Source of the DNA: Mycolicibacterium smegmatis | GTDB lineage: Bacteria > Actinomycetota > Actinomycetes > Mycobacteriales > Mycobacteriaceae | NCBI RefSeq assembly: GCF_001457595.1 | Contig: NZ_LN831039.1 | Coordinates: 1,890,001 to 1,922,000 of the forward strand | Direction of reading: 5' to 3' | Length of the DNA: 32,000 bases | The notes under the pieces: model-generated | The model's input: the letters and a program-made list of their open reading frames with translations, nothing else | What the model was told of the DNA's origin: nothing | The model's database searches: none | Program-made: the position numbers and the translations under genes | Shown: positions 1-8,659 of the stretch, one piece after another | Numbering within the stretch: the stretch's first letter is position 1 | Layout: every line of letters begins with the position of its first letter

Positions 1-618
1 GACGGCAGCCACGCCCTGATGACGGTCGGTTCGGTGCCCAACACCTCGGGCCTGGGCCTGGAGCGTGTCGGCATCGAACTCGGCGCGGGTGGCTACCTGA
101 CCGTGGACCGGGTCTCGCGCACCCAGGTGCCGGGTATCTACGCGGCGGGTGACTGCACGGGCCTGCTGCCGCTCGCGTCGGTCGCGGCGATGCAGGGACG
201 CATCGCGATGTACCACGCGCTCGGGGAGGCCGTGGCGCCCATCCGGTTGCGCACGGTCGCCGCCGCGGTGTTCACGCGTCCGGAGATCGCGGCCGTGGGC
301 GTGCCGCAGGCCAAGATCGACGACGGATCCGTGCCGGCCCGCACCCTGACGCTGCCGCTCGCGACCAACGCGCGCGCCAAGATGTCCAGCCTGACCCACG
401 GTTTCGTGAAGATCTTCTGCCGCCCGGCCACGGGTGTGGTGATCGGCGGTGTGGTCGTGGCGCCGATCGCCTCGGAGCTGATCCTGCCGATCGCGCTGGC
501 GGTGCAGAACGGCATCCCGGTGTCCGAACTCGCGCAGACGTTCTCGGTGTACCCGTCGCTGTCGGGCTCGATCACCGAGGCCGCGCGCCAGTTGATGCAG
601 CACGACGACCTGGATTGA
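1..618 (+). CDS. lpdA: NAD(P)H quinone reductase / flavoprotein disulfide reductase, C-terminal part (5' end outside window)
   Basis: Frame is open from base 1 (DGSHALMTVGSVPNTSGLGLERVG...). Has the GIYAAGDCTG FAD-binding motif and a C-terminal pyridine nucleotide-disulfide reductase dimerisation domain. Followed by glpD, as in the Rv3303c-Rv3302c order. Confidence 0.9.
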   Translation, partial: DGSHALMTVGSVPNTSGLGLERVGIELGAGGYLTVDRVSRTQVPGIYAAGDCTGLLPLASVAAMQGRIAMYHALGEAVAPIRLRTVAAAVFTRPEIAAVGVPQAKIDDGSVPARTLTLPLATNARAKMSSLTHGFVKIFCRPATGVVIGGVVVAPIASELILPIALAVQNGIPVSELAQTFSVYPSLSGSITEAARQLMQHDDLD

Positions 619-677
619 TCAGGTTTGACCGGCCCGGCAACCGGCAAATCTGAGGCGTGCCACGTAGCCTGAGAACC

Positions 678-2423
678 GTGACTGTCCCGAAACCGGCTCC
701 GGGCGACGGGCAAACCTTCCTGGGGCCACAGCAACGGGCGCAAGCCTGGGAGCAACTCGGCAATCAACAATTTGACGTCGTCGTCATCGGAGGCGGTGTG
801 GTCGGCGCGGGCGCCGCCCTGGATGCCGCGACGCGCGGCTTGAAGGTCGCGCTGGTCGAGGCGCGTGATTTCGCCTCCGGTACCTCCAGCCGCAGCAGCA
901 AGATGTTCCACGGCGGCCTGCGCTATCTCGAACAGTTGGAGTTCGGGCTGGTCCGTGAGGCGCTGCACGAACGTGAACTGTCGCTGACGACGCTGGCCCC
1001 ACATCTGGTGAAGCCCTTGCCTTTCCTGTTCCCGCTCACCAACCGGTGGTGGGAGCGGCCCTACGTGGCGGCGGGCATCTTCCTCTACGACCAGCTCGGC
1101 GGCGCGAAATCGGTTCCGGCGCAGAAGCATCTGACCAAGGCCGGTGCGTTGCGCCTGGCGCCCGGACTCAAGCGCAGCTCGCTGATCGGCGGAATCCGTT
1201 ACTACGACACCGTTGTCGACGACGCCAGGCACACCATGACCGTCGCGCGCACCGCGGCCCACTACGGTGCGGTGGTGCGCAGTTCGACGCAGGTGGTCGC
1301 GCTGCTGCGCGAGGGTGACCGGGTGACCGGCGTGCGGGTGCGTGACTCCGAGGACGGCTCGGTCACCGAGGTCAACGGCCACGTCGTGGTCAACGCGACG
1401 GGCGTGTGGACCGACGAGATCCAGGCGTTGTCCAAGCAGCGCGGCCGCTTCCGGGTGCGGGCCTCCAAGGGCGTGCACATCGTGGTGCCGCGCGACCGTA
1501 TCGTCAGCGAGGTCGCGATCATCCTGCGCACCGAGAAGTCGGTGCTGTTCGTGATCCCGTGGGGCACGCACTGGATCATCGGCACCACCGACACCGACTG
1601 GAATCTCGATCTCGCGCACCCGGCCGCGACGAAGGCCGACATCGACTACATCCTGGGCCACGTCAACACCGTGCTGGCGACACCGCTGACCCACGACGAC
1701 ATCGACGGCGTCTACGCGGGACTGCGGCCACTGCTGGCCGGTGAGAGCGAGGAAACCTCCAAACTGTCACGCGAACACGCCGTCGCGGTGCCCGCGCCCG
1801 GCCTGGTCGCGATCGCGGGCGGGAAATACACCACCTACCGCGTGATGGCCGCCGACGCGATCGACGCGGCCGCGGAGTTCGTGCCGACGCGCGTGGCACC
1901 GTCGATCACCGAGAAGGTTCCGCTGATGGGCGCCGACGGGTACTTCGCGCTGATCAACCAGACCGAGCATGTGGGACGGCAGTACGGCCTGCACCCGTAC
2001 CGGGTGCGGCACCTGCTGGACCGTTACGGCTCGCTGATCGGCGAGGTGCTCGCGCTCGCCGACGGCAAACCTGAACTGCTCGAGCCGATCACCGAGGCGC
2101 CGGTGTACCTCAAGGTCGAGGCGGCCTATGCCGCGGCGGCCGAGTCGGCGCTGCACCTCGAGGACATCCTGGCCCGGCGCATGCGCATCTCGATCGAGTA
2201 CCCGCACCGCGGCGTCGAGTGCGCGCGCGAGGTTGCCGAAGTGGTTGCCCCGATCCTGGGATGGAGCGGCGAGGACGTCGACCGCGAGGTCGCCACCTAC
2301 GCCGCCCGGGTGGACGCCGAGGTGCGCTCGCAGCAGCAACCCGACGACGAATCCGCCGATGCGCTGCGGCAGGCCGCGCCCGAGGCCCGCGCCGAGATCC
2401 TCGAACCGGTACCGCTCAATTGA
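678..2423 (+). CDS. glpD: Glycerol-3-phosphate dehydrogenase (FAD-dependent)
   Basis: DVVVIGGGVVGAGAALDAATRG dinucleotide-binding fold, SSRSSKMFHGGLRYLEQ and AGGKYTTYRVMAADA motifs of GlpD. GTG start at 678 gives MTVPKPAPGDG...; a longer ATG start at 657 is also open. Confidence 0.93.
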   Translation: MTVPKPAPGDGQTFLGPQQRAQAWEQLGNQQFDVVVIGGGVVGAGAALDAATRGLKVALVEARDFASGTSSRSSKMFHGGLRYLEQLEFGLVREALHERELSLTTLAPHLVKPLPFLFPLTNRWWERPYVAAGIFLYDQLGGAKSVPAQKHLTKAGALRLAPGLKRSSLIGGIRYYDTVVDDARHTMTVARTAAHYGAVVRSSTQVVALLREGDRVTGVRVRDSEDGSVTEVNGHVVVNATGVWTDEIQALSKQRGRFRVRASKGVHIVVPRDRIVSEVAIILRTEKSVLFVIPWGTHWIIGTTDTDWNLDLAHPAATKADIDYILGHVNTVLATPLTHDDIDGVYAGLRPLLAGESEETSKLSREHAVAVPAPGLVAIAGGKYTTYRVMAADAIDAAAEFVPTRVAPSITEKVPLMGADGYFALINQTEHVGRQYGLHPYRVRHLLDRYGSLIGEVLALADGKPELLEPITEAPVYLKVEAAYAAAAESALHLEDILARRMRISIEYPHRGVECAREVAEVVAPILGWSGEDVDREVATYAARVDAEVRSQQQPDDESADALRQAAPEARAEILEPVPLN

Positions 2424-3295
2424 GACGCCCGGCGGCGTCCCCGAAGGGCCTGCCGGAACGTCCGGGGCACGAGGGGATCGGTCCGGCACGTCTCAAGGTC
2501 CAGGGCGGCCGGTTGGTCGACGAACTCGAGCGGCGCTTCGGCGCGGGATGGAAAGTCCGCGCGGGCGAGGTCTTCTCGCGTGACGGCACGGTTCTCGACG
2601 AATCCACGGTGCTACCACCGGGAAGCCACGTGTATCTGTACCGGGATCTGCCCGACGAGGTCGTCGTGCCGTTCGACATCCCGGTCCTGTACCGCGACGA
2701 CGACATCGTCGTGGTCGACAAGCCGCACTTCCTCGCGACCATGCCGCGCGGCGCGCATGTCACGCAGACCGCGCTGGTGCGGTTGCGACGTGAACTCGAT
2801 CTGCCCGAACTCGCACCGGCGCACCGCCTCGACCGGCTGACCGCGGGCGTGCTGCTGTTCACCGTGCGCCGCGAACTGCGCGGTGCATACCAGACCATGT
2901 TCGCGCGCGGCGACGTGCAGAAGACGTATCTCGCGCACGCCGAGGGCGTGCCGAAGATCGCGTTGCCCGCGACGCTGCGCAGCCGGATCGTCAAGCACCG
3001 TGGACGATTGCAGGCTTTCGAGGAGCCGGGGGAGCCCAATGCCGAGACGTATGTCGAGGCCGTGGGCGACGGGCTCTACCGGTTGACCCCGCGCACCGGA
3101 CGCACGCATCAACTGCGGGTGCACATGGCGTCCATCGGCCTGCCGATCACCGGTGATCCGTTCTATCCCACCGTGATCGACGTGGCACCCGGCGACTTCG
3201 GCCGCCCGTTGCAGCTGCTGGCCCAGCGGTTGATGTTCGACGATCCGGTCAGCGGTGCGCGCCGCGAGTTCGTGAGCCGCCGCACCCTCGGGTGA
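2420..3295 (+). CDS. RluA/RsuA-type RNA pseudouridine synthase
   Basis: HRLDRLTAGVLLFTV catalytic Asp motif, RTGRTHQLRVHMASIGLPITGDPFY. A TTG start at 2420 overlaps the glpD stop (TTGA), so the upstream part of the 358-aa ORF is probably not translated. Confidence 0.88.
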   Translation: MRRPAASPKGLPERPGHEGIGPARLKVQGGRLVDELERRFGAGWKVRAGEVFSRDGTVLDESTVLPPGSHVYLYRDLPDEVVVPFDIPVLYRDDDIVVVDKPHFLATMPRGAHVTQTALVRLRRELDLPELAPAHRLDRLTAGVLLFTVRRELRGAYQTMFARGDVQKTYLAHAEGVPKIALPATLRSRIVKHRGRLQAFEEPGEPNAETYVEAVGDGLYRLTPRTGRTHQLRVHMASIGLPITGDPFYPTVIDVAPGDFGRPLQLLAQRLMFDDPVSGARREFVSRRTLG

Positions 3296-3316
3296 GGTTC
3301 GCTCAGCGTGAGTGAC

Positions 3317-3904
3317 TCAGCCGGGCCATTTCGTGCGGCCGTCGCCGTGGTCGAGCAGCAGATGAAGCTCGTCTGACCAGGCGTGGGCGCGCTGGTGGTC
3401 GAGCACCTTGCGGGTCAGGGCGGCCAGCAGGCCACACAACACGGTGATGGCTGCCCACAGCGCGACGGCCGATCCGGTCGCGTACGCCCTCGCCGTCGTC
3501 GGGGAGATGGGCGGCGGAACACGCTGGCCCTTGGCGTCGACCCAAATCTGGACCTTGTCGCCCGGCTGGACCTTGCCGGTGGGACGCAAGGCGCCCGTGT
3601 GTTCCTCGCCGTTGACGTTCCACTTGATGCCGACGATGCGGACGTTGGCCCCTTCGACGTTGGACTGGCTGTCGTTGACCACCGTGGCGTCGACCTGATG
3701 ACGCGTCTGCGCCTGCACGGTCGCCTCACGGAGTTGGTCGGCATGGACCTCGTCGCCGAACGAGATCACGTACGGGATGACGAGGACGCTGACAACGATC
3801 GCCAATACGACGGCGAGAGCCTCGATGCGGTCGGTGCGTCGAACGAGCGGATTCTTACCGAGGGCACGCAGCACCCACCATCGACGCCGGCTGGTGACGG
3901 GCAC
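3317..3904 (-). CDS. Rv1733c-like two-TM membrane protein
   Basis: N-terminal RWWVLRALGKNPLVRRTDRIEALAVVLAIVVSVLVIPY, central extracytoplasmic domain, second TM (AVALWAAITVLCGLLAAL), as in the Rv1733c family. Confidence 0.8.
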   Translation of the reverse strand: MPVTSRRRWWVLRALGKNPLVRRTDRIEALAVVLAIVVSVLVIPYVISFGDEVHADQLREATVQAQTRHQVDATVVNDSQSNVEGANVRIVGIKWNVNGEEHTGALRPTGKVQPGDKVQIWVDAKGQRVPPPISPTTARAYATGSAVALWAAITVLCGLLAALTRKVLDHQRAHAWSDELHLLLDHGDGRTKWPG

Positions 3905-4085
3905 TTGTCACCCGCCTTGTTTCGGGGGTGTTACGGCCATGTATCCCATGCTGACACCGGGTTCCCCTGACTTGCCAGTAAGTAATGGCTGGTGGAGGCC
4001 AATATCACACCGGGTGCGCAGGGAGGCGCAGGGCACATGTTCTACTGACGCGGTGGATCGCCAGAGATTCGAGCGCCTCTTCGAC

Positions 4086-4823
4086 ATGTCGGATCGTACG
4101 GTCATCGTGACCGGGGGTACCCGCGGCATCGGGTTGTCACTCGCCGAAGGGTTCGTGCTCGCCGGTGCGCGCGTGGTCGTCGCGAGCCGCAAGCCCGACG
4201 CGTGTGAGACCGCGGCCGCCCATTTACGTGAGCTCGGCGGCGACGCCGTCGGGGTACCCGCGCACACCGGTGACGTCGACGATCTCGGCGCAGTGGTGGA
4301 GCGCGCGGTCTCGGAGTTCGGCGGCGTCGACGTCGTGGTCAACAATGCCGCCAACGCGCTGGCGCAGCCGCTGGGGAAGATGACGCCCGAGGCGTGGGCC
4401 AAGTCGTACGAGGTGAACCTGCGCGGCCCGGTGTTCCTGGTCCAGCACGCACTGCCGTACCTGCAGAAGAGCCAGAATGCCGCGGTGCTGAACATGGTCT
4501 CGGTCGGTGCGTTCAATTTCGCGCCCGCACTGTCGATCTATGCGTCGAGCAAGGCCGCGCTGATGTCGGTCACCCGATCCATGGCCGCCGAGTTCGCGCC
4601 GTCGGGGATCCGGGTCAACGCGCTGGCCCCCGGACCCGTGGACACCGACATGATGCGCAAGAACCCGCAGGAGGCCATCGACGCGATGACCGCGGGGACG
4701 CTGATGAAGCGTCTCGCCCATCCGGACGAGATGGTGGGCGCCGCGCTGCTGCTGTGCTCGGACGCGGGCAGTTACATGACCGGTCAGGTGGTCATCGTGG
4801 ACGGCGGCGGAACTCCTCGCTGA
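4086..4823 (+). CDS. Short-chain dehydrogenase/reductase (SDR), glucose/ribitol-type
   Basis: MSDRTVIVTGGTRGIGLSLAEG (TGxxxGxG), NNAAN, catalytic Ser plus YASSKAA (YxxxK). The supplied ORF begins upstream at 3777, but the domain starts at 4086. Confidence 0.88.
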   Translation: MSDRTVIVTGGTRGIGLSLAEGFVLAGARVVVASRKPDACETAAAHLRELGGDAVGVPAHTGDVDDLGAVVERAVSEFGGVDVVVNNAANALAQPLGKMTPEAWAKSYEVNLRGPVFLVQHALPYLQKSQNAAVLNMVSVGAFNFAPALSIYASSKAALMSVTRSMAAEFAPSGIRVNALAPGPVDTDMMRKNPQEAIDAMTAGTLMKRLAHPDEMVGAALLLCSDAGSYMTGQVVIVDGGGTPR

Positions 4824-5580
4824 ACGCGCGCACCACGCCTGCGGTCGACGCCAGGATCTGACTGCGGTTCTCGACGTGCAGCGCGGCCTCGAGGCATCCG
4901 GCATCCAGGTTCGCCCACAACACCTGTTTGGTCGATTCGACGCCGAATTTGCCGTAGCTGCAGAGCGTTTCGGCGATCTCCATGGCCTCGGCGGTCACAT
5001 CGGCGCACACGCGCGAAACCAGCCCGAGCCGTAGGGCTTCGGTGGCGTCGACCGCACGCGCGGTGAGGATCAGGTCGAAAGCTGGGCCCGCACCGATGAT
5101 CCGGGGCAGGGTGTAGCTGACGCCGATGTCGCATCCGCCGATGCCGAGTTTGATGAACTGCGTGCAGAAGCGTGCCGATTCGGCGGCCAGCCGGATGTCG
5201 CTCGCGGCGGCCAGCGCGAAGCCGCCGCCGTACGCCGGCCCGTTGACCGCGGCGATCACCGGCTGACGCAGCCGGTGCAGTTTCACCGTGAGGTTCGCGA
5301 TGCGTTCCTGCCACCGCATGCCCGAGCGCGGGAACTCCGTCCCGCCTGCGGCCTCGGGCGGATTCGGCGCACTCAGGTCCAGGCCCGAACAGAAGCCGCG
5401 ACCGGCCCCGGTGAGCACCACGACGCGGCAGTCGTTGTCGGCGGCGACGTCATCGAGGGCGCCGTGCAGCGCCTCGACGAGTTCGTACGAAAGCGCATTG
5501 AGTTTTTCGGGCCGGTTGAGCGTGAGGACGGCGATGTCCGGGCGTGGACGGGTGACATCGAGCGGGGTTGCAAGCGACAT
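4792..5580 (-). CDS. Enoyl-CoA hydratase/isomerase family protein (crotonase fold)
   Basis: VLTLNRPEKLNALS, GRGFCSGLDLS, AAVNGPAYGGGFALAAASDIR, KLGIGGCDIGVSYTLPR. ATG at 5580 (MSLATPLD...) preferred; the ORF can start at 5622. Confidence 0.87.
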   Translation of the reverse strand: MSLATPLDVTRPRPDIAVLTLNRPEKLNALSYELVEALHGALDDVAADNDCRVVVLTGAGRGFCSGLDLSAPNPPEAAGGTEFPRSGMRWQERIANLTVKLHRLRQPVIAAVNGPAYGGGFALAAASDIRLAAESARFCTQFIKLGIGGCDIGVSYTLPRIIGAGPAFDLILTARAVDATEALRLGLVSRVCADVTAEAMEIAETLCSYGKFGVESTKQVLWANLDAGCLEAALHVENRSQILASTAGVVRAFSEEFRRRPR

Positions 5581-5603
5581 GAGCCGCAGACTAGACGGTC
5601 GGT

Positions 5604-6278
5604 TCAGTCGGTACTGCGCCATCCGTTGACGCCGACGGCGATCATGCGCATCTGTTTGACGGCCGTGCGGTGGATGGCCTCGATGGACTCCGCGTCGGTG
5701 GCGTCCTCGAGCGCCTCGGCCAGCGAGATCATCGCGTTGACGAACAGGTTGGCCAGGATGTTGAGATCCTCGCTGCTCCAGTCCTTCAGCGCGGGGAACC
5801 GGGCCAGGTCGATCGCGAGTTCGGAGGTGATCAGGCGGATCTCGGTGCGGATGGCATAGCGCAGCGCCGAGGCCCCACCGGACCGCTCGCGGGCGATGAA
5901 CCGCCAGTGCTCACGACGCTCGTTGAAGCTGCCGACCAGGATCTCGGCCGACGACTCGATGACATGGTGCGGGTCGAGTTTTCCCGCGCGCGCACCGCGC
6001 AGCATGTCGCGCAGCGAGCGGAACGACTCGTCGATGAGTACCAGGCCCAGTGCGTCCATCGAGTCGAAGTGGCGGTAGAAGGCGGCTGGGACGATACCCG
6101 CCTCGCGGGTGACCTCACGCAGGCTCAATGCACTGAAGCTGTGGTCCTTGAGCAGCTTGAGCGCAGCGGCGATCAACGCCCGGCGGGTGGCCTCTTTGCG
6201 CTCCTCGCGGGTCAGGGTGTCACGCGACCGCGACGTTTCGGATCGTCGTGTTCGGGTACTCGGTGTACGTCTGTTCAC
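5604..6278 (-). CDS. TetR-family repressor of the FabR/DesT type (unsaturated fatty acid synthesis regulator)
   Basis: HTH: FSALSLREVTREAGIVPAAFYRHFDSMDALGLVLIDESFRSLRDMLRGAR, strongly reminiscent of FabR ([20 protein letters not shown]...ELGLTMVDES). Divergent from the reductase/desaturase. Start uncertain: ATG 6320, GTG 6278 or further downstream. Confidence 0.85.
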   Translation of the reverse strand: MNRRTPSTRTRRSETSRSRDTLTREERKEATRRALIAAALKLLKDHSFSALSLREVTREAGIVPAAFYRHFDSMDALGLVLIDESFRSLRDMLRGARAGKLDPHHVIESSAEILVGSFNERREHWRFIARERSGGASALRYAIRTEIRLITSELAIDLARFPALKDWSSEDLNILANLFVNAMISLAEALEDATDAESIEAIHRTAVKQMRMIAVGVNGWRSTD

Positions 6279-6288
6279 TGATGTGAAC
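6262..6288. promoter_or_regulatory. Candidate FabR/DesT-type operator, site 1
   Basis: GGTGTACGTCTGTTCACT (6262-6279) with overlapping perfect palindrome GTTCAC-TGAT-GTGAAC (6273-6288). Confidence 0.6.
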
Positions 6289-6340
6289 CGTAGCACAGAA
6301 AGCGAATTGATCGTTGACATCTCCCGTCGAACGCACGCAT

Positions 6341-6358
6341 GGTGTACACATGTTCACT
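6341..6358. promoter_or_regulatory. Candidate FabR/DesT-type operator, site 2
   Basis: GGTGTACACATGTTCACT, 15/18 identical to site 1; near-palindrome GTGTACA-CA-TGTTCAC. Confidence 0.6.
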
Positions 6359-7441
6359 CAAACGACCGCCGCCGGATTCGGCCGGCGGTTGCTGGCCGGA
6401 TCCCGCATGGCGAGGCTGGCCGATCTGTTGACGGGCCCGCACGGTGTGGATCGCTACACCGAGCTGGTCGAGCCCACCTGGTCGCGCCACGACGCGCGCG
6501 CCAGGGTGGTCGCGGTGCGGCGGCAGACGCCGCGCAGTGTCACCCTCACGCTGGAACCCAACGGCGCGTTCACCGGTTTTCGGGCCGGTCAGCACATCAA
6601 CCTGTCTGTCGAGATCAACGGCAGGCGACGCACGCGGTGCTACTCACCGGCCAGCGCCGAGGGCGCCGACGCGATCGAGCTCACCATCGGCCGCCATGAC
6701 GGCGGTCTGGTGTCGACCTACCTGTGTGATCACGCCTACGCCGGCATGGTGCTGGGGCTCGACTCGGTCGGCGGCGATTTCGTCCTGCCGGACACGCCGC
6801 CGGAGCGGATCCTGTTCGTCTCGGGCGGCAGCGGCATCACCCCGGTGCTGTCGATGCTGCGCACGCTGCGTGCACAGGCGTTCACCGGAGAGGTCGGCTT
6901 CCTGCACTATGCGCGCAGTGCCGACGAGGCGTGCTACCGCGACGAGCTCGACGGCATCCGCGCGGCCATGCCGCACCTGCGGGTGCTGCACGGGTACACC
7001 CGCGACGCGCACGGCACCGACCTGGTCGGGCGATTCGGCCCCGACCACCTGGCCGCCGCGCTGCCGGGGAATCGTCCCGACGCCGTGTACGTCTGCGGCC
7101 CAAAGGATCTGGTCGCCGCGGTGGAAGAGCACTGCGACAATGTGCGATCCGAGTGCTTCGTGCCGCCGACGTTCTCGGCATCGGCGTCCGGCGGCACCGT
7201 GACCTTCACCGACAGCGCCGTCGCGGTGACCGACGACGGACAACCACTGCTCACGCAGGCCGAGGCGGCCGGGCTGACCCCGCTGAGCGGATGCCGCATG
7301 GGCATCTGCCACAGCTGCACGCGGACCAAAACCCGTGGCGCCGTGCGCAACCTGATCACCGGTGCGGTTTCCGGCACCGACAACGAAGACATCCAGATCT
7401 GCGTCACCGCACCCGTCGGTGACGTCGACATCGACCTGTGA
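6350..7441 (+). CDS. Ferredoxin reductase-like oxidoreductase (FAD/NAD domains + C-terminal 2Fe-2S), probable electron donor to the desaturase (Rv3230c-like)
   Basis: CYSPAS FAD motif, VSGGSGITPVLSM NAD motif, GLTPLSGCRMGICHSCTRTKTRGAVRN 2Fe-2S cluster motif. Start candidates 6314, 6350 and a later ATG (MARLADLL). Confidence 0.87.
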   Translation: MFTQTTAAGFGRRLLAGSRMARLADLLTGPHGVDRYTELVEPTWSRHDARARVVAVRRQTPRSVTLTLEPNGAFTGFRAGQHINLSVEINGRRRTRCYSPASAEGADAIELTIGRHDGGLVSTYLCDHAYAGMVLGLDSVGGDFVLPDTPPERILFVSGGSGITPVLSMLRTLRAQAFTGEVGFLHYARSADEACYRDELDGIRAAMPHLRVLHGYTRDAHGTDLVGRFGPDHLAAALPGNRPDAVYVCGPKDLVAAVEEHCDNVRSECFVPPTFSASASGGTVTFTDSAVAVTDDGQPLLTQAEAAGLTPLSGCRMGICHSCTRTKTRGAVRNLITGAVSGTDNEDIQICVTAPVGDVDIDL

Positions 7442-7449
7442 GGACTCTG

Positions 7450-8610
7450 ATGAGTACACCCACCTACACCCTGACCCCTGACCAGGCCGAGGAGTTCGGG
7501 CGCGAACTCGACGCCATCCGTGAGCGCGTGATCGCCGACCTCGGCGAGCGCGACGCCACCTACATCCGCAACGTCATCAAGGCCCAGCGCACGCTGGAGG
7601 TAGGCGGCCGGGCGCTGCTGTTCGGCGGCATCTTCCCGCCGTTCTGGCTGGCCGGCACCGCGATGCTGGCGGTGTCCAAGATCCTGGACAACATGGAGAT
7701 CGGGCACAACGTCATGCACGGCCAGTACGACTGGATGGGTGATCCCGCGCTGTCCAGCAAGACATTCGAGTGGGACACCGCGTGCCCGGCGGATCAGTGG
7801 CGGCACTCCCACAACTACATGCACCACACCTACACCAACATCGTCGACATGGACCGTGACATCGGATACGGCATCCTGCGGATGAGCCCCGATCAGAAGT
7901 GGAGCCCGTACTACCTGGGCAATCCGGTCTACGCGTTCCTGCTGATGGTGCTGTTCCAGTACGGTGTCGCGCTCCACGAGCTGGAGACCGAACGCATCCG
8001 CGCCGGCGAGATCAGCATTGCCGACAAGCGCGAGGTGCTGCGTGAGATCTGGCATAAGACCAAGGCGCAGACCGTCAAGGACTATGTGGCGTTCCCACTG
8101 CTGGCGGGTCCGTTCGCGCCGCTGGTGTTCGCGGGCAACCTGACCGCCAACCTCACGCGCAACGTGTGGGCGTTCATGATCATCTTCTGCGGGCATTTCC
8201 CCGAAGGCACCCAGGAGTTCTCGCGCGAGCAGGCCGAGAACGAGTCTCGCGGCATGTGGTACTTCCGGCAGCTGCTCGGTTCGGCGAACCTCACGGGTGG
8301 CAAGTGGTTCCACATTCTCAGCGGCAACCTGTCGTTCCAGATCGAGCACCACCTGTTCCCGGACATCCCTGCGCACCGCCACGCCGAGATCTCGGCAGAG
8401 GTCCGTGAGATCTGCGAACGTTACGGCCTGCCCTACAACAGCGGCCCGCTGGTCAAGCAGTTCGGCACCGTGGTCCGTAAGATCGTGCGGCTGGCGTTCC
8501 CGTGGGGCAGCAAGCCCGAGAACCCTGAACCGGCTGGGAAACCGGCTGAGACGCCGGCCGAGCCGGTGTCCGATACCGAGCCGGAAGCCGAACTGGCACT
8601 GGCACACTGA
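7450..8610 (+). CDS. desA3: Membrane acyl-CoA (stearoyl-CoA delta-9) desaturase, DesA3-like
   Basis: Three His boxes: HNVMHGQYDW, HNYMHHTYTN, QIEHHLFPDIPAHRH; hydrophobic segments. Starts 8 bp after the reductase stop. May be a paralogue rather than the strict Rv3229c orthologue. Confidence 0.85.
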   Translation: MSTPTYTLTPDQAEEFGRELDAIRERVIADLGERDATYIRNVIKAQRTLEVGGRALLFGGIFPPFWLAGTAMLAVSKILDNMEIGHNVMHGQYDWMGDPALSSKTFEWDTACPADQWRHSHNYMHHTYTNIVDMDRDIGYGILRMSPDQKWSPYYLGNPVYAFLLMVLFQYGVALHELETERIRAGEISIADKREVLREIWHKTKAQTVKDYVAFPLLAGPFAPLVFAGNLTANLTRNVWAFMIIFCGHFPEGTQEFSREQAENESRGMWYFRQLLGSANLTGGKWFHILSGNLSFQIEHHLFPDIPAHRHAEISAEVREICERYGLPYNSGPLVKQFGTVVRKIVRLAFPWGSKPENPEPAGKPAETPAEPVSDTEPEAELALAH

Positions 8611-8659
8611 CCCCACCACAAGTATCCGCTGCGCGACTGTGCGTCGCCAATGCCGACGG

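Noticed and set aside
138-1694. 518-aa minus-strand ORF over lpdA/glpD
   Set aside because: Antisense shadow of GC-rich codons; conserved GlpD sequence is on the plus strand.
3302-3319. CTCA-GCG-TGAG-TGA-CTCA mini inverted repeats between the pseudouridine synthase and the Rv1733c-like gene
   Set aside because: Only 4-bp arms; too short to call a terminator or operator.
3919-3944. GTTT-N16-ATGTAT resembling a SigF promoter upstream of the first SDR
   Set aside because: The -10 lacks the GGGYAT core; match is probably chance.
8633-8647. GCGAC-TGTGC-GTCGC small hairpin between desaturase and methyltransferase
   Set aside because: 5-bp arms and no U-tract; insufficient support.
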